From Tubulanus polymorphus (lineage: Eukaryota; Animalia; Nemertea): a stretch of DNA of 64,000 bases. Numbering within the stretch: the first letter of the stretch is position 1; every line of letters begins with the position of its first letter. A program made the translations under genes and the position numbers. Where the stretch lies: positions 3,472,001-3,536,000 of the forward strand of contig NC_134031.1 of NCBI RefSeq assembly GCF_964204645.1. The letters run 5' to 3'. Below are positions 12,267 through 26,147 of the stretch, piece by piece. A model generated the notes under the pieces. That model was not told the origin of the DNA. It did no database searches and saw nothing but the letters and a program-made list of their open reading frames with translations.

Positions 12267-15200
12267 TTACGAGTCATGTTCCTCGAGCTGTTTAATTCTA
12301 GTTGTCTGACTGTCCACGAGTTCTTTCAGCTAAAAATGCACATAAAAAGTTCTTGAGATACTAGTAAAACCTACAATTTGTGACTATATTTCAGATGTAC
12401 TTCTTTCAAGAATTTTTCGTCACTAAGAAACTGATAACAGTATAAACAACAAATATAAAGTTATGAAGAGAATAAGATTGCTTGGAATTTTTTTCCGTAC
12501 CTTTCTGTTTTCGGATTCTAATTCCTCGATGCGCATGCGTAAACTGTCTATTTCACTTTGACTCGATACACCACTACTGGGACTTTCAGAAACCTACAAT
12601 GATTTGAGAAAACGATAATGTGATAATATGATTTATAGAGTACGAGCTTTTGCAACTAGTGTATATTAGCTTCAGGTATCAAAATCTGGGTCACCTTTGA
12701 AGAACTACCCCGGTACCCGTCTTTACGTTTGACTGATTTCACACCAGGTTAACACAGCTCCTCTACAACTTAACTGGTAAATAATTGCACATCAAGATAC
12801 CTCAAATTTCAGAAAACTATTTCAAAAGATATCTCCACGTTGAACTGTTATCTCCGAGGTTGGTTGGCGAGTGGAATTTACTGTATATGAAGTGATGATT
12901 ATTAGATGATTCGTTAGAATATGTAAATTCGTGCGTTGTCTGCTACTATTTTGTGTACATACCGATGTGTAATCTTTGTTATTAACGACAGGAGCAGCTG
13001 TACCATGAATAGGTATGAATTCGGCATCTAGTTCCTAGAAACAGGTAGAATGTCTGGTTATCGTATTTTCTTTGTGCAATTCGCTAATTTTCGTAAATTG
13101 CTCTGGGAATAAGTGCAGTTACGCGAGTGTGGAGTTAAATCAGATGCGAAGATTTGACATTAGTGCTTATGATAACAAGACCCAGTTCCGTCATCATCTT
13201 AAGATTTGACTAAAACTACAGTGAACAATTAAGTCGCTACTTATGAGTCCCATTTCGTATTCCTAATTCAACTTAATAAGCATAAGTTATCAACACAATG
13301 AGCGTCCCAGCTATGATGACGACTTCACTGAGTTTGTCGTTGATTTTCTATGTTTTTACTGTTGAATCAAATCTAGTCCGAGAACTGCGGAACCGGGTCT
13401 GATATTGTTGTTAATTCGTACTCACAGCTTGTAGCCACGGAGGGACGGAACTTTCATCTAAAGGACGGTTTATCGATACGGGAGTGGCTTCGACCATCGC
13501 GGAACTCATCTCGTTATCGTAGGAAGTTGTGTAGAACGCACTGTCAACTTCATCGGCATATTCATTAGTTTCCGCTACAAACAAACATAAATATCCATTT
13601 GCAATCATATACATTGACTTCACAAGAGTTAGCTTACATACCGGTTATACTTATCTTACGATTAATACGTTTTTAGGACTTAAAAGGCTTAGATTTGATA
13701 CCAGTGTAAGCTTTGGTTCTAAAGCCAATCAAAAAGATTAAGATAATGCAGGTTTCGATTGGTCTCTACCTAATCAGGAATTTTCTTCTGGCACAATCAT
13801 TTTTCCCAGAATATGTCTACCTATTCTGGAATAGCATAATCTGATAGAAGGAACCAGTAGAGAGTTTATAACCAGTGCTAATTGCCATTACTAAACCTAT
13901 ACCTGCCTCAGTCTTTAGAGTTCACTATCTATATAATGTACTGGTATATAGACCACAAAATCGGGCTCAGGTTCCGTCTAAGGGGAACCACCGAGTATTT
14001 CTCCACATTTTTCATTCGAAATGATGTTTTGGAAATACAACTTACGTTTAGGAGCAGTGTAGCCGATGGTTTTCTGGTGCAATATTTTCTCTGAATAGAA
14101 AAGGTACCGAAACGAAATGAACATAAAGAATTGTCTATTCTCATCATTCTACAGTCGCTGTACCGTAAAGCCTCACCTGCGATGATAATAGTGTGCCAGT
14201 GTTTCGACGAGATATCCGACACGTGATGCAACGCTCCGAATATCGCTCTCGGAAACGCGATACAATTACTCCTCGGTCCATCTCGTACTTCCATTCCCAG
14301 TCGTCCATCGTCTCCGCAACCAAACGAATACACTTGACTATCTGCGTAAATAAACTACTCATAGTTAAACTTCAAAGAGGTTACTGATCGCAATCCATCT
14401 TCCCCCGGCAGGGATTCGAACCTGATGGCATCGAGATTGCCACGGCACGAAACCCTGCCATAATCGACCGTGTGCGCAGATACATGCGCAGTTCAGATGA
14501 TGTGATTTTTAGCCAATCAGAAATCCCGTTTTATTTTAGCCCGGGTTTTCCCATTTATAGTTCTTCCTTGAAATTTGCCTCAACGATTATACAACGAGCA
14601 ATCTGATTGGTGCCGCCAGTTTTCGTTCGGAAAGCTGCGCATGTACCTGCGCACCCGGTCTACTGATGCAGGGGTTCGTGCCGTGGCTGAGTGTAGCGAT
14701 GCCATCAGGTTCGAGTCCCTGCAGAGGTAGGATGATCACAATCTGGCCTGATTGAAATAAAATTAATTGCAAATTCATTTAACACAGCTTGTGCATAATG
14801 GTATATACTAATATTGACTGTGTGACGTTATGATTGTAGAGGAAGCATGGACGCCATGATGAGCGTGTTTGAAATGAAATAAAGCTACGTTAAATCGGAT
14901 TTAATCGTTTGTCCTCTAAGGGTTTTAATCCACTCGATATTCAGAACCAGGAGCAAAACAGAGAGGAGATCAACACATAATTCAGAGCACCACAGTATAC
15001 AGCATAGATAAGGATATCGAAATAAGTCGATTAACACTTTTCTTGTCACTTTCACTTAAATTTCAACCCGTGTTAGTTTTCAGTACATACCAGCAGTAGC
15101 GACGACTGTGAACCCGTCACCGCACGACACTTGTACGCAATGGTGTCCGGTTAAAACGCCGCCCACGACGCAAACGCCGTTTTTCTTCTTGTAATCACTC

Positions 15201-18200
15201 ATGCCCAGCTGCCTGTACTTATTGCAACCAAATGTTATCAAGTACCCGTACACTGCAACGATATTTGACAATTATTTCTTCAAATTCATTAAACATATAA
15301 ATACGTACGCTGCCTCTGATGATATGGAGCTGCCCTCAGTTACCGCTACGAGTATACTCATAATCAACGATAGCGCTATTAGATAGTCAACCATTGTTCA
15401 AAATTGACCAATGAGCTGAGTTCATTCACATTGCCAGCCAATCAGGAACTGTGTCATCCCGATTGCAAGCGCACCAATATTTAACAGTGAATATAATTGT
15501 AGTGGCAAAGACGGCAAAACTCAAAGTTGGTATGAGAAATTTCGTAAATCAACAGCGAACAAAATAACTTGAAACTTACAGTCTAGAACGGCGGAATGAT
15601 TTTGACCGGCGGCTACAGACACGATGTGGTGTCTACTGAGCGGCTTCACTACGGAGAAATTCAGCTTAATCGGAATGTCGTAGGATATCTAGACAAAATA
15701 GAAAGACGTGTCATCTAGCCAGGCCAAAAAACCTTACCCAATTGCTCCTGGGGCAGAGACCCCTAGCCTATATCCATGTGTACTAATCATTGCTCCTTGG
15801 GGATATATCATGCCAGGTGTCCCCAACAGCTCCTGGGTGGAGAGAGACAAGTCTCATCCACGGATGTACATGTAATTTGAATATACTAGAGTCAAATACT
15901 CTAACCACCATTAAATAGGAATTTACTTATCATTTGGACAGGCCTACCCATGTCTCAGCATCAGGCGAACTTGTTCAAGTAAATCATAGTGTTCAATTAT
16001 GGTCCATCCCTGCATTAAAACTCTGTCATATTCACCTTAACTTGTCGTTTTCGTAAACCGGCTGCAGCATTGTTGAATCCGAGTTTATTGTATTCGTTAC
16101 TGCCGCAAGCGAGCACTCGACCTCGTCTGGTCAACAGGAACGTGCCGTCTGGCGTAGCGCGAACACTGCGAATCACGTGTCGCATCTTTACCTTCTGCGG
16201 ACTGAAATGGTCATCTTCCGAGCCGAGCCCTAAACGTCCTGTTTCAAAAAAATTATTCGCTTTGATATCGACTAATATTCATTAGGTATCGATCAATCAA
16301 TACTTCCTAGAGCAGACGTAATTTTTACCCTTTCAGTACCTGAAAACTGATATGCGGTGTATAATCCTGTCAGCCTATCTAACCTTTGTAATGATACACC
16401 GCACAGTTAGGTAGAGGTAATATAGGTCCAGTATACATCGCACTTCGATGGAATTAACTATAATTCATAATTTTTTTCCAGTAATATAGAGTGGGAAACT
16501 GTAGGTATCGAAATGGTTAAATAAAGCGATGAGGTTGTAATTTCTATAATTACCGTATTCCCCGCAGCCCCAAGTGAAAACTTCAAAGTTCTTCGTCAGA
16601 ACGACGACATGGGCGTCGCCGCACGATACGAGTTCGGCCGGTCGCGACGAGAAAAAATCGACGAGCAACGGCGAAATAACGGTTTCGGTCGACTCATCTC
16701 CGCAACCGAGGCATCCGTAATAATTAGATCCAAACGTGTACAAATCGCCCTCCTCTGTGGAAAATAGAATAAAAGTAAAAGCATCGTTTTCAGAGAAATG
16801 TTAAAATGTCTCAAATTTTCGAGAGAAATTTACCCGTAATACAGACAGTGAACTCATCACCGCAGCTAGCTTGTACGACGTGCTGTCCTTCGAGCGCTGT
16901 TACTTTTTTTGGCGATCGATACGAGGAAGTATCGCCGTGCCCGAGTTGCCCAACCATCGGAGCACCTCCGTGAGAATGCTGGAGGAATGAAATATCAAAG
17001 GAAAAGGAATATGTCATCAGAGTTCGATTCCAAGATGCTGGAGCCTGTTGCACAGTCAGAGCTTAGATTTCAGACAATTCTGTAATGATCTGAGTTCTAT
17101 TAGATCTATAGCCAAACAAAAAACTAACTTAAGACCAGTCACAACTGTGCAACTGGTCCCTGAGATTTAAATCGATTCTTACCGCCCATGTGTAAAGTTC
17201 CTTTTCAACCGTAACAACCGCCAATTGTGACAGGCCAGCCGACACCTGAATTTGAATAACCACTTGAATAATGAATATTTAGAAATAAAAAATGCTTCAA
17301 TGATTTTATAGTTTACCTATCGACGGTACTTTTCAAGCTATCATGAGTTAAGCTATCATCAGATAGAGATGGAAAACCTGAATACTTGAGAGGGTCAGGC
17401 TACAGAAACATTCAACAAAATTCTAAACTAAAGTTTTGACTCTAAATTGTTGCAGAGGACATATTTAAATGTCCCACACAACTGCATATTGTAGATGAAC
17501 TCTCGAACTCCTGACTCCGAAATCCATATCATATCACCCCTTCTAAATCAGAATTATACCTCTAAATCAAAATCATACCTCTAACGCTGCTTTTCCCTCT
17601 CTGAATATATCGAGTTTCTGTGGAGTGAGTTTCCCACCGCCCCAATAATAAACCTCCGTCGATTTAGCCTTAACTACGGGTAACACGGTCACCGAATCGG
17701 ACACAGACGCTATCGCTGCCGACTTCCTTCTAGTCACAACCGTATTCAACGAGCTCACTTTCTTCTCTATTTCGCTACAAAAACACAAAATACACGATTC
17801 CAATTAGAACGAGGGTCTTCTCTTTCGACTCAAAAAAATATCCAGTTGAGAAGACTGCTGTTCATTGATAACGATAATTACATGTATATTCTTCTAACCT
17901 TCTTTTTAATGAAATTAAAGATGAATATGAAAACCTGATCATTTCAAACATACAGTAGAACCGACTTAATTCGGATCTTTTCTAACAAAAAAAAGTCATC
18001 TGGTTTATGAGAAATCCAAGCAAAATATCTTACATACAGGTAAGTTTATGCATAGGTGGACCATAAAATGATATCCACTTACCGGTAGATCAAAATTTGG
18101 ATTAAACCGATCTGAATTTAATCTGGTTTGAATGTATCTATTAATTGATAACTGATTAATGATATGTGATTAAACATACTGATTGATAAGGTGCTCTGAA

Positions 18201-20555
18201 GCAAGTGGGGTATGGAAATATGAAATTGGATTGAAAAGTCATTTCAGAAGAATTCTTACCTTCCCGATCCAGTAAATGGCGGATAAGCAAGGATTTCTTC
18301 TGCATTAGGACGTTTTGAAGGATCCTAAAAGATAATCGGGCAAAAGCTTAAATATGACACAAAATAACATGAATTCTTCTTTGGTTAATTCCAAAGTATA
18401 ATAATTTGCCAGTAGGCCAAAGCATAGATACCTTATCTAAGAGTAGATGAACAATTGATATGATTGCCGGGCTATAAAAATCTTTATCGACATCATCAAA
18501 GTCGCCGCTAACAATTTCAGCAGCCAGACGCAATGGATTCTACAAATATAGGACGATATCGATAGTAAATGCACCTCATTCACGTCAGCTCAGTAGGTTT
18601 CAATGTAGAAACTTACAGTTGCATCAAACGTCTTTTTCAGTGTCAGTAATTCATACAACACACATCCACACGCCCAGATATCACTCTTTTGATCATACCT
18701 AGAAAATGCAAAAAAATATGAGAATAGTTAAGAGAATACTAGTTAAGAGACGAATACCAGTATATTGATACCGGACCGATACTTGAAATAATCTCATTGT
18801 TGTTACAGTTTCTCATAAATAGAACTTACTGATCACCACGTATCAGTTCCGGAGACATGTAATACGGCGTCCCGACATACTACGAAATAAAGCAAATAGA
18901 AAAGTTGAACACTGAAAACATGGATCGCTCTAGAGATAAATTGTGAATAATGCTTTCGAACGTTAAGGAAATTTCATGTCGATTATGCCTCTCATATAAA
19001 TGCTTACCGATTGCGCCATAGCCGAATTGCTATCGAGCATTTTAGAAATACCGAAATCACCGAGTTTTATCAGGTGGGTTTTCGTGAGGAAAATATTCAG
19101 TGTTTTTATATCCCTGCGAAGAAATATGAATTCATTGTTGAATGAGTTCATATAACTGATCTTAGAAACTGAGCCCTGTTTCTTGAGTAAGTTAATCTCG
19201 AGTTAAACTCAAATTTTTGGTTTAATTGCCTTTTGGTTACTTTACAAAACATTTCAGATAAATTGTAAGATAATTTACCTATGTAATATTCCGTACTCAT
19301 GTATATGTATGACAGCAGATACTAACTGGTAAAAATACCAAATAACAGCCTAAAAAATACATGAAATTCATTAACATTTATATTGTGCAAGAATCCTGTA
19401 TTCAATACAGTTCAAATGTATTCACTCTTATTGAAATCATTGCCCCCAGGATATATACAGTACATATATCTCTGAATTAGTCATGGAATGCAGCACAAGA
19501 GCTGCTACTATAGGCGCTCAGGATCAGTCATCTATTAACTCAGCCCATTTATTCTCACTAGTAGCAGAGATTGTGACTTATCAGTGATCACTTTTTACTG
19601 ATATTTAAAGTACTTACAGTTTCATCCAATAATTCTTTCTCATTAGCAATTTTATGATACATAGTTCCACCTGAAAATCATTGACAATGAACTTAAACAA
19701 AATTATGAGATTAAACACGACTAAACATGACTGTACTATAAACTAGGGGTCCAGGGACACCATGCCCATTTGTAAAATAGTCTGAAATGCTGAAATTTGA
19801 AATTAATTTCAATGTTCCATTATTATTACCATAGTTTTAGTATCAACAAATATTGAAACTTCGAGTTTAAATATCATCAAATAAGAAAGCTAAACTGCTG
19901 TTAAATATTGTTATTCACATAGCTCATTATCATTACTGAAGCCTATAGTTTAATTAGGCCTAGTTCTAGAAGACCTGGGGCCGGCTCCATAATCAAGACT
20001 TAAGACCAAAAGTGGTCTTAAATCTTGTGACTGGCCATAAGTTGTTAGATTGGATATAGAACTAAGTAAATCTTAAAACGGTCCTAAGTCTAAGCCCTGA
20101 CTATGGAACTGGCCCCTGGGTTTCAAGATCGTCTGGTTAGTCAGGACTGATTCTAAGGACGACTGATTGCGAGCTTACCATTTGCATATTCCATTTCAAT
20201 CAGTAAAGTTTCGACATCGAGAAAATGATTGTAATACATCACGACGTTCGGATGATTCAACATCGATAAAATGTCGATTTCATTTTGAGCATCTCGCCGT
20301 TCTTTTTCCGTTAACGGAGCGAGATTTATTTCCTTCCAAACGACCAACGAGTTATCCTACGAAGAAAAAAAACCGACGATCTAAATATAGGGGGATTAGC
20401 AATAAATTGTGATTGGATTTGAATTGGAATGTTTTCCTCACCTCAGTTTTTCGATACAGTACTGCCTCTCCAAATGCACCTTTCCCCAACACTCTGATCG
20501 GTATATACGATGACTCCTGAGTTGATTCAGGCGCTGACACAGTCAGACCGCTCAT
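12267..20555 (-). CDS. NEK9: NIMA-related kinase NEK9-like (kinase + RCC1 repeats + C-terminal coiled coil), multi-exon; exact 3' end uncertain
   Basis: [56 protein letters not shown]; RCC1-type exons ([31 protein letters not shown]); PWLQA|ELDAEFIP; coiled-coil exons 12593-12501 and 12329-12267. Confidence 0.93.
14385..14740. mobile_element. Palindromic element with two outward-facing tRNA-like (Pol III A/B box) arms, in a NEK9 intron
   Basis: Right arm GGGTTCGTGCCGTGGCTGAGTGTAGCGATGCCATCAGGTTCGAGTCCCTGC; the left arm is its imperfect reverse complement (GCAGGGATTCGAACCTGATGGCATCG..GCCACGGCACGAAACCCTGC). Boundaries approximate. Confidence 0.6.
19975..20119. mobile_element. Short inverted-repeat element (Harbinger/Tourist-like MITE), representative of a dispersed family
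   Basis: Ends CTGGGGCCGGCTCCATA...TATGGAACTGGCCCCTGG. Related copies or fragments near 3914-4026, 9580-9698, 13180-13400, 17038-17162, 23471-23505, 40823-40925 and 42726-42836. Confidence 0.6.
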
Positions 20556-21276
20556 TTTTGCGGTGGTAGGTCGGTGTATTTTGTATTTTGGAATGACAGT
20601 TCAATCTGACATTTCCGGGTATGTACCGACAATTAAGATTATCAATAACGGACAACTCCGAAAACATCCAAATCACGGTGGCCGGCTCTCGCTTAGTTTT
20701 TTGACGGCCTCAAAACCGTTTGTTATATTAACTTGTGTTGACAAACAATATATGACTTGTGTTTATCTTTTAAAAGTTAGTTTTCTTGTTAGTTTGATCG
20801 TTTGGCTTTATCAATATTGGCTCATGCCCTTGTCAGTAGGTAGACATTAATTTCGATGGAATATAACCACATATAAGTATCCGAAAGGTTTACACTTTTG
20901 ACTATAGAAAGTCAGAAGCAAATTCTACATTAAAATCTTTGAGCAATCATTTAAACAAACTGAAAACGCAGACGCCATCTAACGGTTTTCAAATGATTTA
21001 TGATTTTTGGTTGGTTTTTCCGTGACGTCATCCATGGCTAACGGCGGTGGCTCGTTGTGATTGGTTGAAGCCTGCAACGTACCTTGCTGAAATAGTTCTG
21101 AAAGACCGATTGAATGTTGCAAAAACTTTCCCAACAAAATCCATAAAAATACACGAATAACACACAGAATATTGTTCAATTTTCCAAATTGAATCTGAAA
21201 GTCCAGAGATCGAACATGCAAGATATAACATTTGATTGTATGTATTAATACACAGGGTTTAGTTAGAAGTGCCAAC
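20556..21276. promoter_or_regulatory. Probable bidirectional promoter NEK9/DDOST
   Basis: Head-to-head ATGs about 720 bp apart. Contains TTCCGGGT (ETS-like, ~20613), a CRE palindrome TGACGTCA (21023-21030) and a reverse CCAAT (ATTGG, ~21060). Confidence 0.65.
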
Positions 21277-24200
21277 ATGGCTGCCTCCACGATTATTGTA
21301 GTTGCCGGGTTCCTCGCTTTATTTGCCGTTTCTTTCTCTGTGCACGGCGGAAAGAAAACTTTAGTGCTGGTAGACAACTGGTCAATAAGGGAGACGCATT
21401 CTACATTTTTTAAATCGTTGCGAGGTGCGTCAATTAACCGATATTTGATTGATAAAGTGCGCCGTTTTGCCACATCTCATTTTTGCCCGGTTTTGATGAA
21501 TTGAATTGAATTTATTGTACATAATCGATTGAACTGTTTTTTTCTGTATTTGTAGAACGAGGTTACGATCTTACATTCAAAACTGCCGATGATTCTGGTT
21601 TAACTTTGGTGAAATATGGAGAATTCCTTTACGAAAATCTTGTCATCTTCGCGCCATCAGTTGAAGGTATCTTGACATTTGTGTAACTGTCTTGAAACTG
21701 AAGACTCATTCATCCATTTTAAAGTGACAAATGTTACGCAATTAATTTTACATTTGGAACTGGAATTTTCTATTTTCAGAATTTGGTGGCTCAATCAACG
21801 TAGCTGCCATCACAAGCTTCATTGATGGAGGCGGAAATGTTTTGGTTGCTGCAAATTCCAATATTGGTAAGATGTCTATCTCTACCATGTCGGCACTATA
21901 AGTTTCAGCCGTATAGCCCTATTGCCCAAAACAGTTGATTTGACATGGCAACTATCGTTAGCACAAGTAGCAACAGTTTAGGTGCCAGTGGATCCTCGCT
22001 TGCTACAGTACCCCTGTACCAGCACCTAATTAAAAGTGGTTGCATTTCTCTTGCATTTTTCAATAGTGCCCAAAAATTGTGAAACAAGCTTCCAGTCATC
22101 TATCGATGAATTCAGGAAGCATCTAAAATGTTTCCTGCTGTTGAATAAAGGATTACATCATCTGTCAAGTGCTTTGAGCAGCTTTGCTGGTCTTAGCGCT
22201 ATCCGGCTATATTAACCCCATAAATTATCATCATAGTTGATTCAAAGAATCTTCTGCTTCAATGATGGATTGGTTGATACACGTAAACAATCAAAACCTG
22301 GGTGTTAATAAGAAAGATTCGATCAAATCTTGCGTTGTTGTTTAAACAGGTGAACCGATTCGTGAATTAGCCAGTGAATGCGGTGTGGAATTTGATGAAG
22401 AGAAAACAGCTGTCATCGATCATCTCAACTATGACGTTTCCGATACTGGAAAGGTAACGGAAAAAACCTCTCTTTTCAACTTAACCCTTTCAGTGCTGAC
22501 TAATTAATACCCTATAGCGCTGGAGATAATTTGAAAATTCTAAACAATTCCACCGTAGTGTGTTGAATAACGGTAATACCACTATAGTGCGTCTACACTG
22601 CTGCGCGATGTATCGTTAGTTACTAGTATTTCACTATGTTTGACACGTGCTGCCATTTTTCAAGAGAGATAATTACTAATTACATCAATGCACCGCAGTG
22701 TGGTGTACTAGCAAAATCTATCACTGATTTATACACCGCACTGCGGTGTAGACGCACTGAAAGGGTTAAATGTGTAAAATATCAATCTGGGTAAGCACGC
22801 ACTCAGAAACGCAAGACCAAGAAAATTAAATCTTCCCATTTTTTCAGCACACGACTATCGTTGCCAATCCCGATAACTTGATCAAGTCAGAAATGATGGT
22901 CGGTAAAGAGAAAGTTGCGCCGCTCTTGTTCAGAGGCATCGGGTAAAGTCAATTTCTAATTCCAGCGTCGTGCGTTAATTTTTCTGTTCATTCAAGATCT
23001 TCCACTTCAACGTTCATTAACATCAGAAAGGAAAATGATGAATGCCTTCCTTTGATTACTTTGAGTACAGACGTTTATGGAAAAAAATTCAAAGGCACAA
23101 GTGCAAAAAAAAGATCTAAGCTTCTTACTATCATCGACATTTTAACACGGAAGAAAATAGGAAAAAAATTAAGATATTGTTATTATTAAGATATTAGATA
23201 TTATAAATAGGAAGGATATCATCATCAATCAGATATTTTGGTTGGTATTAAAAAACGTGAACTGTATTTTTACTCTGTTTCAGAATGGTCGCCGATCCGG
23301 AAAATCCATTGGTTTTGAGCGTTCTCCACGCTTCGTCGACGGCTTACTCGTTCAATCCTGATAAAAACATCGATGACGTATGTATAGCGTTTAATACAGA
23401 AATCTTAGGTCAGGCTTTATAGACTGGTTTTACCTTAAACCCGGCAGCTAACTCGATTCCATTAACCCCCCTGGGGCTGGTTGCATAGTCATGGCTTAGA
23501 CTTAAGTTATCGCTATGAATCCTGTGTTGATTGATTGATTGATTGTGTTTTTCAGTATCCCCACGCCGTCGGAAAGAACACGTTATTGATCTCGGCTCTG
23601 CAGGCTCGTAATAACGCGCGCGTCGTGTTTGTCGGTTCCATCGATTTCTTCAGCGATCAGTTCTTCACTTCGCAAGTTCAGAATTCAAACAACGGTCAAC
23701 TGTAAGTATTACAGATTTAATTCACCTTCAGCTACATCGCTTTTGCCTCAGACGCTCCAATTTTATCAAACAATCTCATTTACGCGGCTGTATGGCAATT
23801 ATAAGCCGTGTTTGAAAACTTACCTTAATTTTAAACAACATTTTGTCAAACTGTGAGATGGTGAATTTTATGTAAACCACTCTGATACTCAGTGGAGGGC
23901 GGTATATGAATTGATGTTATTATTATAGTATAGTTAATGAAATCTTTAAATACGTTGTAGGTTTGCGAAATCGGGCAACCAGGAACTGGCGACTAGTGTT
24001 TCTCAGTGGGTATTCAAGGAGAAAGGTGTTCTTCGCGTCGGCAAAGTTTCCCATCACAAACAAGGAGAAGTGGAACCACCGAGAGCTTACACAATCCTCG
24101 ACAATGTGGTATGTTTTCCGTGTTTTACAACTATGATATTCAGTTGAGTGGTTTGACTACGGGGTGTCGGATCTCTGGTTTTAGCCTGATAATAAAAGAC

Positions 24201-25716
24201 CTTTGTGTCCCTTGCAAAATTCTTATCCCGGGCATCTCTGCACGCAGGCGCAATTCAGTGTATGGGGCCTGATAGATGATTTCTTGGGCCAGATTCAAAA
24301 ATTGACTTTTCATGTTTGACGAACTCGACGATTAAAACTATGGCCAGTTGCTCAACCATGACTTAGTTTAAAGTTCATAGTTCCATACTCCATCTAATAA
24401 CCTAGAAGGATCAGTCTTACGATTTAAGACCACTTGTCTTTCCTTGGGGTCATTCATTTATTACATACGCATTAGGGGAGGGGTCAGTGCAATTGCGTTC
24501 TGTAATGCTTAATGTATATGAAAAAATGGCCGATTTTGCGTACAGCGGGGGAGGTGGGGTTGAATAATTCAAATTTTATGCGTACGTAATAAATGAATGA
24601 TCCCCTTCTTTACTCATGTCTCTACCAGTCCCAGATTATTGCTTCTTTCCTGCTGTGAGACATAAATGAACGCTCAGGGTAGTGATACCGATGTATGGGT
24701 GTCATTGATATCATTCAATATGGATATTAGTACTGGACATGTATTTATCATTTCGTAAATTCTTTCATGATCATCTTCGGAAGAAGTTTACATTCGATGA
24801 AATTATGTCTATTTTGTAGGAATACACGATTCAGATAGAGAAATACGACGAAGGTAAATGGGTGCCGTTTGATGCCGACGACGTTCAATTAGAATTCGTT
24901 CGTATCGATCCATTCGTCAGAACAACAATGCCGCACAAAGGTACGCTCGCTATAGTTGCGATCTCTCGGCTCGAGTGCCCGCATCCCATGTATGGACAGA
25001 TATGTTTTAATGTTTAAAAAAAACTTATATCTTTGTTTTCAGGTGGAAATTATAAGGCTAAATTTAAATTGCCAGACGTTTACGGTGTTTATCAATTTAG
25101 AGTGGAATATAATAGAATAGGATATACACATCTATTCAGCACTACACAGGTAATATCATCAATATATCACTGTTAGTTTTACACCTCGGGATGTATTTTT
25201 CATTTAGACTTTTATCCATGGGATGTGACCCCATTGACTTCGATCTAGAATACAGATCTATCCCTAAGCCTTGGACACTTTATATTTAGAACGCCTTGTT
25301 AAGTAATGACAACCAGCTGCAAAATGAACCAATTTCACCGGGGTTCTTTGAATTTAATAATTTTTGGTTCTTACTGGTGATGAGTGGCATGAGGAGCCTC
25401 TTGATTAGATAAGATATAGCTCCCACTGAGGATATCCCATACTTTTATCAAGGAACTTTTTGTCAATGGGCGGGAAATAAGAGTATTTTCAATTCCCTGA
25501 TCTGTGAGGTCACTATGGAGGGTTGTCGATATTAAATGGTTTTTTGTTGTATTATTTCAGGTATCAGTTCGGCCGTTAGAACACACGCAATACGAACGAT
25601 TCATTCCGTCTGCGTATCCGTATTACGCGAGCGCGTTCAGCATGCTGGCCGGTGTGTTCATATTCAGTTTTGTATTCCTGCACTATAAAGAAGATTCGAA
25701 AGAGAAAGCCGAGTAG
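21277..25716 (+). CDS. DDOST: Oligosaccharyltransferase 48 kDa subunit (OST48/WBP1), multi-exon
   Basis: Signal peptide then [23 protein letters not shown]; [15 protein letters not shown]; [11 protein letters not shown]; [22 protein letters not shown]; final exon [28 protein letters not shown] + TM + KEKAE*. Confidence 0.97.
22485..22765. mobile_element. Non-autonomous piggyBac-type MITE (281 bp) in a DDOST intron
   Basis: TTAA|CCCTTTCAGTGC ... GCACTGAAAGGG|TTAA: 12-bp TIRs with TTAA duplications at 22481-22484 and 22766-22769. Decayed relatives near 16327-16410, 32095-32310 and 42290-42352. Confidence 0.85.
24446..24604. mobile_element. PIF/Harbinger (Tourist)-like MITE in a DDOST intron
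   Basis: About 27-bp TIRs GGGGTCATTCATTTATTACATACGCAT / ATGCGTACGTAATAAATGAATGATCCC; flanked by 3-bp CTT on both sides. Confidence 0.7.
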
Positions 25717-26079
25717 CGCCGTGAAGAGAGGGAAAGGGCGGGATATCGATGATGATGATGATGAAAGTTTTATTTAGTGAAAGTCAATCGTTATGGACTT
25801 AGTACAAATACCCAGAGTACTAGCAGGTTTTCAAACTGTTCCAATTGATCGGAATTTAGTGCTGTTTTACTGTATTTCACTATCTTTTTAAACATGGAAT
25901 TTCCTCTAATTGCAATCGCTATCCATCTTAGAAAATTTGAAATAGTGTGAATAAATTTAGGTCACAGATTAAGCGAGGAAATATTGATAGTTCTGACAGT
26001 GGAACCTCGTTATATAAATTCATCATTTGTGAATGAAGTAAAATGAAGGACTGCAATAAACTGTCGGGTGTTGAGATCG

Positions 26080-26147
26080 AGCTATCAATTCTGGTCTGAT
26101 GTTCTTGGTCGCAGCTATCAATTCTGGTCTGATGTTCTTGGTCGCAG
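26080..26147 (+). repeat. Perfect 33-bp tandem duplication downstream of the DDOST stop (probable 3' UTR)
   Basis: AGCTATCAATTCTGGTCTGATGTTCTTGGTCGC twice. Lies inside a CAGTGGAACCTCGTT-initiated element also seen at ~36538. Confidence 0.85.

Noticed and set aside
12801-12880. Possible extra NEK9 exon bounded by AG/GT
   Set aside because: 80 nt long with stop codons in the required phase; the flanking exons join in frame without it.
20979-21473. 164-aa minus-strand ORF
   Set aside because: Antisense shadow of DDOST exon 1 and the promoter; non-ATG start, no recognisable domain.
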